Shown here piece by piece: positions 1 to 13,362 of a DNA stretch of 64,000 nucleotides (position 1 is the first letter of the stretch; each line of letters opens with the position of its first letter). The notes beneath the pieces are model-generated. The model made no database searches and was not told the origin of the DNA. It saw only the letters and a program-made list of their open reading frames with translations. Source of the DNA: Felis catus (taxonomy: Eukaryota); the NCBI RefSeq assembly GCF_018350175.1, contig NC_058369.1, positions 27,592,001 through 27,656,000 of the forward strand, in the 5' to 3' direction. Made by a program: the position numbers and the translations under genes.

Positions 1-299
1 ATTTCTCTGACAGTCACTCAGAACTCCAATCATATTACTCTTGCCTTCAAAGTAACCACCATTAGATGTAAGTTCTACTCCTCAACTCCATGGCATTTGG
101 AAGCTCAAAGTAATTTCCTTTAGGATCTCCATCTCTTGTATCTGATTTTCTATGGGTTTGGGGCTAATTTCTTGCTCAGCTTGGGGTAGAGGAGCCTGGA
201 GGAGGAAGTAGATGGGTTTAGCCATTTTTAGGTTTAAATTACACCAGCTCAGTGAGTCCAGATTGAAGGAGGAGGAGAAGAAGAAGAAAGAGGAAGGGA

Positions 300-662
300 A
301 AAAAAAAGTTTCCTACTGTTCATATATAAAATTCTAGGAAAAGAGTTTAATTGACTGCTGGGTAATATGCTCACACTTTAGACCAGTCACTGTGGCCAAG
401 AGATGGTATACACTGATTGCATGGTCATATCCCTATTCTGTGACTGAGAGGAGAATATTTTGCCATTCATTTTTGCCTCCTGATCTGGCTGAGAACTTTG
501 TATTTCATATCACCAATATCATGTACTGGTATGAATACCATGAATAGGAAACCACCCAAAACCAAGACACGCGTGAGAAACGGTACCCAGTGAATATGGG
601 CAGCTATTACCAGAAATGGTAGAAAGTTATGCCTGGAAGACAGAAATAACAGGTGTCCACTG
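300..662 (-). mobile_element. Old MaLR solo LTR fragment (MLT1K/J-like)
   Basis: gaccagtcactgtggccaagagatgg...ctgattg and gctattaccagaaa...aacaggtgtccact resemble the reverse complement of recalled MLT1K-type consensus; highly diverged. Confidence 0.5.
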
Positions 663-1146
663 CTGTTTCGAATGAATTTAGTAAGAAATGAAAGTCTGTA
701 TCCTCTTTATTCATGCACTTTAATTCCAAAATTTGAAGGGTTTTCTCCAACCAACATGCTCAAATAGTTCAGCTCCTTCTACCACATGAGTCAAGAAGAA
801 CAAGGAATATATAAGGGTCTCTCAAGTCACTCTTTCCTGTCTAAATTCCATAACTACAACCATAGCTGATAAAACTTAGATAACACATTAAGGGAAAAAA
901 ACATTCATCAGGTTGTGCTCAATCCTGGATGCCTGCATTTTCACGTACAAGTCATTATTCCAAACTTTCTTAAAGTACATTCTTTTTCTTTTCTTTTTTT
1001 TTTTTTTGACCATTTCATCTAAAGTTATCAGATGAAATTTGCCTACTGTAATTTCAGGGAGTTTTTGTTGACTTTCTTCTTCCTATTCATCCTAATCTGG
1101 GTAGTTTGGAGTTTTCTTCTGGCATACAATTAATCCTAATGATAGG

Positions 1147-1335
1147 TGCCATTTATTAACTACTAGTTATTATTAAAGCCTGACTATATATCCCATCATC
1201 TACATTGTCATTATTCCTCATATTAGTAGTTATTATCTTCTTCATTATATAGATGGGGAAACTGAGCCTTAGAGAGCTCAAAGGTGTGCTCACAGTCATG
1301 CAGCTGAGCAACATGAAGCCAGACTCTTCTCTGTG
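1147..1335 (-). mobile_element. MIR SINE
   Basis: MIR core in antisense: ttatatagatggggaaactgagccttagagag. Confidence 0.7.
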
Positions 1336-1429
1336 CACTACCAAACCCTTGCTTCTAACTCTACACACTACTCCTGCCTTCTGATCTATCAAGTACTTGA
1401 TCTCTTCCCATTACTGTGGAAAACACTAT

Positions 1430-1545
1430 CCATGCATGACTTCATTTAACTCTAACTTTACACTTGAAAGAGATAGATTCACATTTCCATTTTACAGGTG
1501 AGAAAGGAGAGGCTTAAAGAAATTAATCAACAGACCTAAGTTATC
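1430..1545 (-). mobile_element. MIR fragment
   Basis: ccattttacaggtgagaaaggagaggcttaaaga, antisense MIR core. Confidence 0.55.
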
Positions 1546-2070
1546 TAACAATAACTTTAAAAGTCCAGATAGTTTTATATATGAATCTCTTGTTACCCTC
1601 ATTTTGTTTTGTTCTGCTCAACCCAGTCATAATAAGCACTTGGGCTACAAATCATCCTACAGTAAAAAAAAAAAAAAAAGTTTTTAAAAAATAGAGTCAT
1701 CTTGTAAGGACAAGGACTGTCTCCATTCTTCCTGGAGCTGGTTCCTTTTGGCAGTGGGTAATGCCAACTCAGTCATATTCAAGGAAGCTTGCCTTGACTT
1801 CTTAGGTGTTATAATGGTAGAGTGGATTTCTGAAAGTAGAGACCACCTTAACAATGAAGGAAGAAAATGCAAGATGCAAAGGACTAATCTCTTGTTACCT
1901 TCCTGTTAAAATTCCATGTATATCTGCCAAAGAATCAGAATCAGGGGAGCCTTCCCAGTTTGAGAAGATCTCATATTTCAAAAGTTCTGGGTACTATTTG
2001 AAAGGTCATTCATTTACCTTGTTTTTGCTAGAAACAGACACACACATAGGCACACATGATTCTTCCATAT

Positions 2071-2305
2071 CAGTGCTTCTCAAGCTATCTGCAGTGAAGA
2101 ACATATGTGTGCATATGTATTTAACTTCTATTCATGGAACACTGATACACTGCCCTAGGGTGGATGACAAGATACAGCTGACACCACCTGACTCATCACA
2201 CAAGTTTAACCACACTCAAACTGGTCTTGATCTTGTTCACTAAGACAAGTCTATTGATCATGCATTTTAATGTCATGGTGATGTCAAATTTTGACAAAGT
2301 TTCTC
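2071..2305 (+). mobile_element. hAT-Charlie MITE relic (MER119-like)
   Basis: Begins cagtgcttctcaagctatctgcagtgaag (Charlie-type terminus); internal ctattgatcatgcattttaatgtcatggtgatgtcaaatt matches recalled consensus after CpG decay. Confidence 0.45.
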
Positions 2306-2796
2306 ATCCCAGGCTGGTATCATGCATTCCTTCAAGACTGGCAGTGATCCTCCAATGACATTTTCTGTTTCATAGTTTTAGACCCAGGAGTGGCAAACCC
2401 TGTACACAGAGTGGCAAGGAGGTGTGCACTCTGTTAAGGAAGCCACTACTGCAGCCACCAAAATGACTGTTCCTGGGGTCAGTTTGGGCAATGCCAGATA
2501 GTACCAACATTGTAAACATTTTCTGACCTTTTAGAGAACCATCTGAATTTTGCTGTGTGTACTATTATCATTAACTAATATTTGTAGGATATCTTGACAA
2601 TTTTCAAAGTTTTTCTTCTATGATAAAATAGACCCACTACAATTTGTAAAATACCTCTGCCTCCACCCCATTCCCATTCCACAAAAAAGGACACTGAAGC
2701 TGAAAGTATTTGGGTAACAAAAAAGTTTTTGTAAACAAAAAAAATACTTTTTTTGTAAAAAAAAGTATTTGTAAACAAAAACCCATGTTTACAGAG

Positions 2797-2997
2797 TTTT
2801 ATTTATGTTTTAATTTCTTAAAGTTTATTTTGAGAGAGAGAGAGGGAGGGGCAGAGAGAGAGGGAGAGAATCCCAAGCAGGCTTTGCACTGTCAGTGCAG
2901 AGCCTGACGTGGGGCACAAATCCATGAAACATGAGATCATGGCCTGAGCTGAAATCAATAGTTAAGCACTCAACCTACTGAGCTACCCAGGCACCCC
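2797..2997 (-). mobile_element. Can-SINE (older feliform subfamily)
   Basis: T-rich tail, (GA)n, gaatcccaagcagg...tgagatcatggcctgagctgaaatcaa...cccaggcacccc. Confidence 0.95.
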
Positions 2998-3368
2998 AGT
3001 AAGTTTTAGAGCCTAGCACATGTGACACCAATGTTTCATCTTATTTACTAACTCCAAATGACTGATAATGATTGCCAGGAGAGTATTTGGATGCCCTGTT
3101 CGGGCTCAGTGGTAAAGTGTTTGATCGATTAGCAAAGTTACCCAGGTCAGATGAGATACACTGTATACCCTTAGATAGATTCCAATCTAGGTAGGCTGAT
3201 TTCATTTTCCAGGTACTTTACCACTTTACCAAGAACTGATTGTCCCAAGGATCCATATCTGAAAGAGAGAATCTACCAGGAGAATAACTAGAGGACATTG
3301 TGGTTACAGCATAGCCTCATTCTAATGGTTTCACTCAGGTCACCTACTCTCCTACCCAGCCTCTAGCC

Positions 3369-3580
3369 CATGGTTTCCACCTCTGGCACTGTTGATATTT
3401 GGGGCCAGACCATTCTTTATTTGTGTGTGGTTGTCTTGTACAATGTCCCATATTTAGCAGCATCTCTGGGCTCTACTTTCTAGATGCTACTAGCACTCTT
3501 GCCCCAAGTGACAACCAAAAATGTCTCCAAATATTGCAAATGCCCCCTACGGGGCACAACCATACCATCAAGAACCACTG
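3369..3580 (-). mobile_element. MER20 (hAT-Charlie MITE), near full length
   Basis: tttagcagcatctctgg...ctagatgc...gtgacaaccaaaaatgtctcca...agaaccactg, reverse complement of MER20. Confidence 0.9.
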
Positions 3581-4199
3581 CTACAGTGCAAGTGGAATTC
3601 TTTCTCATTCTACAAATACCATGCAAATAATTGTTTCTGTACCTTCAATTATATTTTATATTGTTTTGTCTTGTTTTTTGTTTGTTTGTTTGTTTGTTTT
3701 AATTTCTCAGCTCCTTCCTTTTCTCCCCTGCCAGCTTCCTTAACCCCTCAAAATTCTTGCCATTCCTCAAGATGACTGAAAAATATAGTCCGATGAAAGG
3801 CCTTTCCTGATCACAAAGGCCATGCCATCTCTTATGGTTTTCAACCCACTTTACACCTAGTCTTCATCTATCAACTCATCTGATTGAACTTCATTTTACC
3901 AGCATCATCCTATTGGCTTATTTCTTCTCAAACTGATTTTAGACTCTGAAGAGGACCACAGTCCTCACTGTGACTCAATAATACTCAACACAATGTCACC
4001 TCCATTAATGAGAAATTAGAATTTACTGAAATGAAGTAGAGATTTTCTTTTTCCCCCATTTAGGATATTCTGTGGGTTTCTGGACTCTAGTTGACAGAGC
4101 TTTTCACTGGATTTCAGCAGCCACACAAATCCCCAGTAATTTTAGCTAGTCTTCTCATTTGGGGAGGGATGAATGGTGCCTCTCTGGGATGCCCGGTGT

Positions 4200-4317
4200 G
4201 ATAACTACAGATGATTCCAGACAATGCCAAATGTCCCTGGGAGGTGGTGGAATGACAGGTGGGGGGCAGGGAATGATGGGGGTAGAGACTACAAAATCAC
4301 CCAGGTGAGAACCACTG
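4200..4317 (-). mobile_element. MER20 partial
   Basis: ccagacaatgccaaatgtccctggga...caaaatcaccc...tgagaaccactg terminus. Confidence 0.7.
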
Positions 4318-4924
4318 TTCTAGGGTGAGGTCCAGTTTACACGGTTGCCCCAAGGGAATTAATAACAGCACCCTCCACCTCTTTACTTCGATTATGTCCT
4401 AGTATGTGACACAGATTGCACTATATCCTTACTGCTGTCTTTTGAGGCACTGACCTTGCTCTCTTCTCATGCAGATTCAGGAATGAAGGAACATATTAGT
4501 CTGAATCCCTCTGCGTCCAAAGAACACATTTTTGTAGTGAAAAGATCTCCTCTTTAAAGAATATAATTCTCTCTTCTCCCTTCATACATGCAGTTCTGGG
4601 AGATAAAAACAGCACAACCTTTCTGCAGGGAAATGTGAAGGCCCTAAATGATCTCTGCCTCACAAAAAAAGAGCACATAGTGTTTACAGCTTTTTCCAAA
4701 AAGTTGTACATTCCACATATATCCTTCCATGTCATGCTAACCCCAAATGCTTCAAAAACAAGTTCAAAGCACTCAAATCCATTGATCCAACATCTACTGT
4801 AGCCCAGAAACAATTTTGTTCCACACATTAACATGAAAGTCTCATTCTCCACTCATGGGAGATGCCAACACACCTGGTTAAAAAGTTCAAACAGTTGAAA
4901 ATGAATCAGCAATTTTGACTAGCA

Positions 4925-5094
4925 TAGCAGTTCTCAAGCTTCACTGTATATCAGAACCACCTGGAAGGCTTGTTGAAACAGAAACTGCAGAGCCCCCCCC
5001 CCCCTCAGATTTCAGGAGGTCAGGGACAGGACTAGGACTAATCATTAACATTTCTAACTAGTTCCCAGGTGATGCTGCTGCTGTTGGTCTGGGG
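4925..5094 (-). mobile_element. MER5A (hAT-Charlie MITE)
   Basis: gttctcaagctt...atcagaaccacctggaaggcttgtt...catttctaactagttcccaggtgatgctg...ggtctgggg. Confidence 0.9.
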
Positions 5095-7318
5095 CTCTAG
5101 AAGATGCCAGCTGCTCCCTGCTTATTCCCTCAAGGATGGAATCATTACATACTGGGAAAGGGTTTGGGGAAGAGAGAAGGAGGTCAGGAGTCATAATCAG
5201 ACTGCTTGCTCAGGTGTCTGTTTTTCAGTTAATCAGAAGAAAATTATTCCACACTCACCTGTGCTGGCCACTACACTAGGCACTGGAGATACAGCCAGAT
5301 GAGGACAGATACAACCTCTTCTCACTGCACTCACTCTTCCAACCCCCCTCCCACAACTGGGAGGAAGCCCTTTTAGAGATGAAATCTCTCCTATGGGCTC
5401 CCATTCCATTCTTCCTAGCACTCTGTTCTATTTATCAGCTGCTAATCAGTCATTTCCATCACTCTCCAAATCTCCATAAGACAGGTTCCATTTTTCAAAG
5501 GCAAAACCAAAGAAGCCAGGATGACAAAATAAAACGGAAAACGAGTTTCTAGAGGCATCTCCTATTTCATCAAGCGCTTCCTTCTTTCTGTGACTCTGGT
5601 CATTTCATGGAAAACCATTACAAACATGGCCCAGACCAGTCTCGTCCTTCATTTCCCTCTGGAGATCTGAGAGACACCGCTTTATTCCTCCTCATTTGTT
5701 GCAGGTCCTGAGGAGAGCAGTGTTTCACTCTAACACTGATAACTGAGTCTGAAGGTGCCTCAGACTGGTTTCCAGGGAACAATAATTCAGACTATGATTT
5801 AGGACGTTTCCATTCTTCTGTCACTGTCGCCAAGGCCTGAGGGAAAGCAATCTACATTCTCGTTGACCTCTGAGGCAACTGGCAGAGGTGTCAGCTGTTT
5901 CTCCTTAACTACTCCTCACTGTTTACTCTTTCTGAGTTTCCATCTCTCAGGACTGCTCCAGCTTACCTTTTCATCATCATTTGCGAAGGCGAGAGGAAGT
6001 GTGGGCCAAGGCATTCTCACTGGAGCCATCAAGACTCTTGTCTCATGCTGGGGCTATTATCTTTGTTCAGGGAATAGGGAAAATGCCCTGCGATTTGTAA
6101 TCCCTCCTGTGCAGCGAAGGGAAAGGCTATAAAATAACTATGTTTTTTTTTTTTTTTTTTGTGATATTAGGAGGATCCAGATGGGTTTGCTTACTCTCAA
6201 GTTTTAGAAAAGAAGAAAATTTACCTTCCTTCCTAACCAAAATGTGGTTTCAAGACCGTTATTCATGGGTTAACTTCAAATTCCCAGGGATCTAACAATG
6301 GTCTGACAGCAGAACGGGGACTAATTTTGCAAGTACTCTATTATGGAAAGATGGCTCATGACATGGATTCATATGGTGTCCACGGGTCACATTCATATGG
6401 ATTCATGTGACATTCATATGTCAGCCATGGGTCACATCATTTCCCAAGATCTCAGAGTTTGTCCCAAACACATATACCCTTAGGATCAGAAACAACTTCT
6501 GTTTCATGAAAAACTCTTTGAATTCAAGAACGTGTAGGTTCCAAACTGCAGAGATTCTTTATCTCAGTGTAGAGAAACAAGTAAAAAGAGGATGGTCATT
6601 CAAACACCCATAGGTCTGTCAGATGGGGATCCCTGGTAGATACAATCACAGTCAACTCATATGCATAATATCTCCTCAGATAACAAAGGAATCACTGAGT
6701 GCGTTTGATAGGTTTTTGGCTTTCAGTGAAATCATAAATATCAATTGCATTATGCAAGCACAGAAGGTGAGAGCTGATACAGTATACCATGTAGAAAAGG
6801 AGAAGCTACCAGATTAGGGCAAAGGAAGAAGATGTAAGTGCTCTTGGGTCATTTTGAGGATCACCTCACTGTCATTTATGTGCATGAGGCCTGGGATCCC
6901 CTCCACAGAATTTATAGTTCTTTGTAGCTATTTCTTATCATGTTTATGGGGTCTGAGCCATGTAAACTATGGCTTTGGTGTTACGAGGACAAGTTGTTAC
7001 TTTAACCATTCCAGCTTTTGCAAAATTGATGAGGCTGGAATAAATATCCCATTTTGGGGACAGGAGGGGGTCTTATGCAGTATTTTTGTTCTACAAAGAA
7101 ATCTGGATTTTATCCTGGTGGGCAGGGTGGGGTTGGGGAGGGGGAAGGTCTATCCCTGTCCTGGAAGGGAATATTTTGCAAAACCTTTTCTGGTCATGAA
7201 AATACAAGGTATGTGCCTCCCTAGTTGAACTGGTGAACTCTTCAGTCAGCAAAGTATTCTAAACACAGATGTTTCAGATTCTAATATTAAGAAATTTGTT
7301 TAATAATATAAATTGGAC

Positions 7319-8105
7319 CTGAAAAGATGCTCAGCATCACTAGTCATTAGAGAGACCACTTCATGCCCATTAGAATGGCTATTATAAACACAAACATACA
7401 CACACACACACACGCGCGCAGAAAGTAACAAATGTTTGTATGGTCATGTAGAAATTGGAACCCTTATGCACTATTGGCAGGGGGATAAAGTGTTGCAGTC
7501 ACTGTAGAAAACAGTATGGAAGGTCCTCAAAAATTAAAAATAGAATTACCGTATGATCTACCCATTCTACTTCTGGGTTAATATACCCCAAATAATTAAA
7601 AGGACTCAAGGAGATATTGTACACCCATATTCACAGCAATATTATTTGCAACAGCCAAGAGGAAGAAGTGACCCAGTGTCTGTTGACAGATGACTGGGTA
7701 AACAAAATGTTGCATATCTAATGGAATATTATTCAGTCATAACCGGCCAGAAATTGTGACACATACTACAACATGGATGAACCTCGAGGCCATTATGCTA
7801 AATTAAATAAGCCAGTCACAAAAAAAGGCAAATACTGTAGAACTCCACTCATATCAAGTATCTAGAGTAGTCAAACTCATAGAGACAAAAAGTAAAATGG
7901 AGGTTGTCAAGGGCTGGGATGAAAAGGATATGAGGAGTTACTGTTTAATGGGTATAGAGTTTTAGTTTTGCAAGATGAAAGAGTGGTGTGAGTAGATAGA
8001 GGGTGGTGATGGTTACATAACAATGTGAACGTATTTAATGCCACTGACCTGTACAGTTACAATGGTTAAGATGGTAAATTTTATGTATATTTTACAATTT
8101 AAAAA
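7319..8105 (+). mobile_element. L1 3' fragment (L1MB-type: end of ORF2 plus 3' UTR), 5'-truncated
   Basis: aaaagatgctcagcatcactagtcattag, gaaaacagtatgga, aaattaaaaatagaattacc, acatggatgaacctcgagg and L1MB-style 3' UTR ending atggtaaattttatgtatattttacaatttaaaaa; ORF disrupted. Confidence 0.93.
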
Positions 8106-8604
8106 CTAATAGAAAATGCAAAAAATATATACAATGGACATCTAAACAAGAAACCGTGATCCTAAAGAGATTTTTTTTTTTCCTAAATGGCAATGTTCAT
8201 TGCATTACGGCTAAAATCATCTAGTATGGATTTTTGATATCTAATAGAAATATTATTTAAAACTGAATAACTGAGAATTTGAGAGAAGTATTGGTTGCAT
8301 GTTTTCACCACTGGGGCAGAGTGGGATGGGGGGGAAGGGCAGACACACCCTACTATGGAGATGGGGCTGGTGCGTCCCTCAAAGGAAACAAATGTTCCAC
8401 GGTCAGTCATGCTGGGGCATACAAACACTTCAAGAGTGAAGAGAGGTGGAGAGCATTCCTATCTTTGGTGGTTAATGGGCCCCTTAATCATGGTAGCAAG
8501 CTAGAGGTGAGGGAGGAGATGACCAGCAGGGAATTCCCATTCCATTAAGGGTAAGAGCAGCCATGTCTGAAATCCAGCTTTCAGCTTGAGCTTGCTGCAT
8601 TAAG

Positions 8605-9119
8605 CAGACATTACTGGTTGTCTTCCCACTCTCCATTCCTCTTCTCTACCTTGCTAAAAGAACTTCAGTTTTGTTAAGCTGCCTCCCATTTTCCACCTGT
8701 TCACCTCCTTCATGACTAGCTAATCCCGCCTTTAACTTAATTGAGCTAAACCATTCATGGAAATAAGGGATACAATTCTGACTACTTACATACCCAGCTA
8801 TCAGGGAGACACCCATGAAACACCTCCTTGTCTATTAAAAGAGCCACACAGGAAGAGATGGGCACAGCTCTTCTGCTGTTAATGGGTTTGGGTGCAATGG
8901 CTATTACCACCATAGACATCTTGTGACCATGAAGTCACTAGTCTTGAACCAGAAGCCAACACAGAACACAGAGTAGAAAGAGGGAGGAAATTATATTCTT
9001 CATGATGATTTTTGTGCCAATGAGATAATCAACCACGTACCTTTAAACTTACTGTTTGAGCTTTTTGAATCAGGATTTTTTATAATGTACAGTCAAAAAC
9101 ATTTTACTTAACTGATTCA
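8605..9119 (+). mobile_element. Old MaLR solo LTR (MLT1K/L-like)
   Basis: catcttgtgaccatga, gaagccaacac, and 3' end cagtcaaaaacatt...taactgattca typical of old MLT1. Confidence 0.6.
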
Positions 9120-10140
9120 GACTTGTAATTCCTTCATGTTTTCCTTGAGTCATCAAAAAAAGTTCTGTTATAAATGACAGTCTAGTGTTGTCTATGTCTT
9201 TGAAGGATTTAGAGGAGACTGATGACCACAAAGGGGATTAAGGGACCTTGGGGCAAACCTCAAGAACATGCAGACATGGCTATAAACAACAAGGGGTGAT
9301 GAGCAGTGAGCAGTGACCCATAGCATGAAGTGACAGGTGACATCAGAGATGGATTTGTGGGACATGTAATAAGCCCTATAGGTCTTCAGAAAGATGAGGG
9401 GAGGAAGGTTCATGTAAGATGTTAACCTCATTTAAACATGCAGAATAGGGGTTGGTGCTAAAGAAAGGAAAGAGTAAAGCCTGGGGTTTGGGCTATATAT
9501 AAGGAAAGAGTAAAGGCTTAAAAATGGGAAATTCAGAGGCTTTCAGACAATTCTGACTATAAGGAATATTACATCATCTCCTTACAAGAAAGTGAGAGAT
9601 TCCCATGGGACTTCTTACATATCTCCCTCCCTGTCTGTCTGTCTCTCTTTCCTCTCTGCATATTTTCTATAAGGATGCTAGTCATTAGAGTGACAAATTC
9701 AAATTGGTATATTTAGGCAAATGGAAAGAAAGTTCCTCACACCTTCTCTCTTCTCCCAAAATGAGTTGTATAATGAAAGCAAAAACACTCCCTCAGGCCT
9801 GGACAAAATGGCAAAAGACACAACAGGATGGTCAAAAGCATGGTGGGTTTCTACTTTAACAGCTTACTTTTAAGTCTTCAAACACTAATAAAGAATAGGA
9901 AGCTATATTTTAGGTTAAGAGTTGCACCATTATTGAATAACCTGGCTCATATAAATGAGCCATGAGCATCTCCTGCCTTTTATAAAATATTATAATGAAA
10001 AGCATGATTGATTGTACTTGGCATATTTTCCTCTCTGTGGTTGCATTCCACTGCAATTATACAAATATAACATAATTTTTCCAAAGGCCATGGCTACCTG
10101 ACAGAAGCATTTGAAAATCAACTGTAGTTTGGGCTTCCTG

Positions 10141-10144
<4 letters not shown>

Positions 10145-10194
<50 letters not shown>
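10145..10194. repeat. (GT)25 microsatellite
   Basis: Perfect GT run, 50 bp. Confidence 0.99.
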
Positions 10195-10196
<2 letters not shown>

Positions 10197-12039
10197 ATGT
10201 GTATCATATGACAGTTCAGAAGAGAAACTTCATATTTGACATCCAGAGACTTGTCTTCCTGCTTCAAGTGACTGCCCAAGGCTATTTATGCCAGTCTTAC
10301 CTGAGTTTTGATAGTATTGGTTTGTCAAAGGTTCTTAAGACCTCTAACTGACAGCTGTCCATTATACCAAGAACTGTTATTTTCATGGGAAGGTCAGAAG
10401 CCCATTTTTGACTCTCAGTCAGTGTAAAGAAATGCTGCCCAGAAAAGTGAAATTCTTTTTCAAACACACTCACCCACTAAGCACCAGAAAGAGCTCAGAG
10501 CTTTCAACAGTGCTGTGAGTTTAAAGATTTCACAGCTTCAGGAAATACAGCCTGAGAGGAAAGAGGAGAAAAACAACACAAAGACCACATCAATGGTGTG
10601 ATCACACACAAGTAAGGCATCAAGGTATGTGACCTCATAGTTTTTGACACGGTTTTGGAGAACAACATAAGGTATCTGATATTGATGCTAACGAGAGAGG
10701 GTTTCAGTGTAGTAGGAGGAAGAACTCAAATCCCATCCCTGTGGCCGCTGATGCCCTGTACCTGAGAAGTGTGCTGGCAGGTACATTTACCCATCTGACT
10801 CACGTCTTATGCTGTGATTATACCAAACCATTCAGACTATAAACCCTTTTGTTCTATTTCATAGAGGCTTGGTGTGTTAATCAAACTGTCATCAAAGTGG
10901 AAAAAAAGAGGGCACATTCCATCCAAATGAAGAAAAATTTGAGCTTTCTACAATAAACACATTTTACAGTGGATGAGCTTTTCACAGAGTAATTATTTCA
11001 CTTCTCCCAGAGATTACTGATTACATCACACAGAAATACTGAGAGAGGCCTGTTTTATCTTCCCCATCTATCTATGGTTCTTGTGCAAACTTATACTTGT
11101 TACCATGAAAAATGACAAATTTGCCATCTGATCAAAATGTTAACAAGGTAACTGTCAGTGAGATGGATCTCTGACTGTCACTGCGAGCCGGAACATGAGG
11201 ATACATTGATATTTCTCAATGCAGCCACTGCTTCCCCAATGTTCACTAACAACATTTCCATGGTGAGGGTAATAAATCACCTAGAAATAACAAGCTATAT
11301 AGGATCTCTGGGATATGATAAATTTGTCCTAACAGCACTATCTGCAAGGTAGAAAACAATTGATAATGATCTAAAGAAAGCCCTAATCAACTGCCATTTG
11401 CCATAAAGGGGTAGATGAAGCAAAGATGAATCCTAACCATGTGATGCATGCAACAAGAAAATCAAAGTCCTCAGAGAGAAACACATAACAACAAACAAAA
11501 TACAAATGAGTCAACATTCTGGAGGGTCAAATAAATGGAATATAAAGTTAATAATATAATCCATATACAATTTTTATATTAGACACAGGTAGGAATGAGA
11601 TGATCATAGCAATTGCTGGGTTCATAAATACCCAATAGTGGAAGGTTCCTCATGACACTAATAGAGACTGGCTCAGTTCTTAGTTTCATGGACTTTGCTC
11701 CAGTACTTTTGTGTTAAGACTCTTTAGGTTATATTATTTCTGAGCCTTTAATTCAGTGGCTTAACCAGTGAAACCACTTTTGTTCCCCCAGCATTGTGGC
11801 CAAGTGCCATACCATAAAGAACTAGAGAGAAGAAAAGGAAAAGTCCAAGGGGGATAAGAAGAAATGGGAACTCAAACACAGGATAGGAAAGTCCTACAGG
11901 AAGATCATGACATCAAGTCACAAAGACAAAAAAATATGGTTTCAAACTGCTAAAGAACTTCCCATGGCTATATTCTTTGGGGTTTTAGGACTAAGACACA
12001 CTTGCATGGCAGCTGTGAGTCTAGTTTTTCTTCTCCTTG

Positions 12040-12360
12040 CTTACTACTCTTTGGTTACTCTGGCTTCTGCTTTTTCTAAAATACTCCAAGCTCCTTCCCT
12101 CTCCATGGTCTTCGCACTTCATCTTATTTCTGTCACAGATCTCTCTCTTCCCTGTCTTTTTCCCTCCCTCCAGTTTACATTTTCTCTAAAGTTCTTCCTG
12201 TCCATTTATTTCAAAGGAATCTCCACTCCTACTCTCCACTAGCAGTCATTTTGGGCTCCAACACAGATTCCACTTCTATGGCGGTAAGAATCATATCTGT
12301 TTGGATCACTGTCATCTCTAAGCTTCTAGCACGTTGGCTGTCACACAGTAGGAATTAAAC
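12040..12360 (+). mobile_element. L2 3' fragment
   Basis: Pyrimidine-rich L2 3' region ending atctgtttggatcactg...tctagcacgttggctgtcacacagtagg. Confidence 0.5.
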
Positions 12361-12371
12361 ACAGCCCAGAT

Positions 12372-12608
12372 GCTGAGCTCTGCGATTTCAGATTGCCTGG
12401 TTTTGATTTTTGGTGCCAGAACTCAGTGGACATGTAACCCTACATGAGTACTCGATTTGTGTGCCTCAGGGTCCTCATTTGTAAAATGGGGAGAATAGCA
12501 ATGCCTACTAATGAAAGTGTTTTGAAGATTAAATGAGATCATTCATGTAAAGAAATTTAGACAGTATCAGGCACATTGGAAGCCATCAAAAGTTATTAGC
12601 TGTTGTTA
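12372..12608 (+). mobile_element. MIR SINE, near full length
   Basis: tgtgcctcagggtcctcatttgtaaaatgggg...gaagattaaatgagatcattcatgtaaag...ggcaca. Confidence 0.9.
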
Positions 12609-13362
12609 CAACTGCAAGAGCAGAGGTGATTCTGACATATTTAAGTGAATTAATTCATGATAATGGATGTTAGGCCAATGAACCATCTTCTTCATTACTT
12701 GTCTGTATTTTTCACCATGAAGCAAAACAATATTGTGTTCATTCTAGTGCCATAGTCTCCAACTGAATGGAAAGAATAGGTATTGGTCTTTACATCCCAT
12801 TAAGGAGTTACAATACATACAGTGACTTCCAGTATGGCAGCACCTGGAGTAGCAATGCCATTGTTCATTTGGACATATCAACAGCATTTAATAATATACA
12901 AAAAAATGGATTCATGGGTCTATTCTGTAAAAGAAACAAACCTGTTCAACACACAACCATTTGTCATGGGCAGTGACACGGTACCTTGGCTCCCACTTCT
13001 CAATGATTTATCTCTTTATCCATTCCACAATCATGCAGCTGAGTGCTTCCAATGGGCCACATAGCAGGGATAAAATGATATTAAAACCACCTGGCTATGG
13101 AGATACCTGCTTCTAAACAGACCAGGCTCCAATCTACCACAAGCTGTTGACCAAATGTATTATTTTGGCAACATTTGCCCAGTTTTTGAAACTTTATATG
13201 TTAACATATTTGGTGATTTATCTTTCTACTCATTAGAATATGGGGTAAAAGTATCCTTAAGAAACACAAAGGAAGGAGAAGTCGGCAATAGGTCATCAAT
13301 AAAATCATTTCAGGGCACTGAGGAAAATGGGAAGATAGTGGGTCCCATTAATCCCTATGAAG

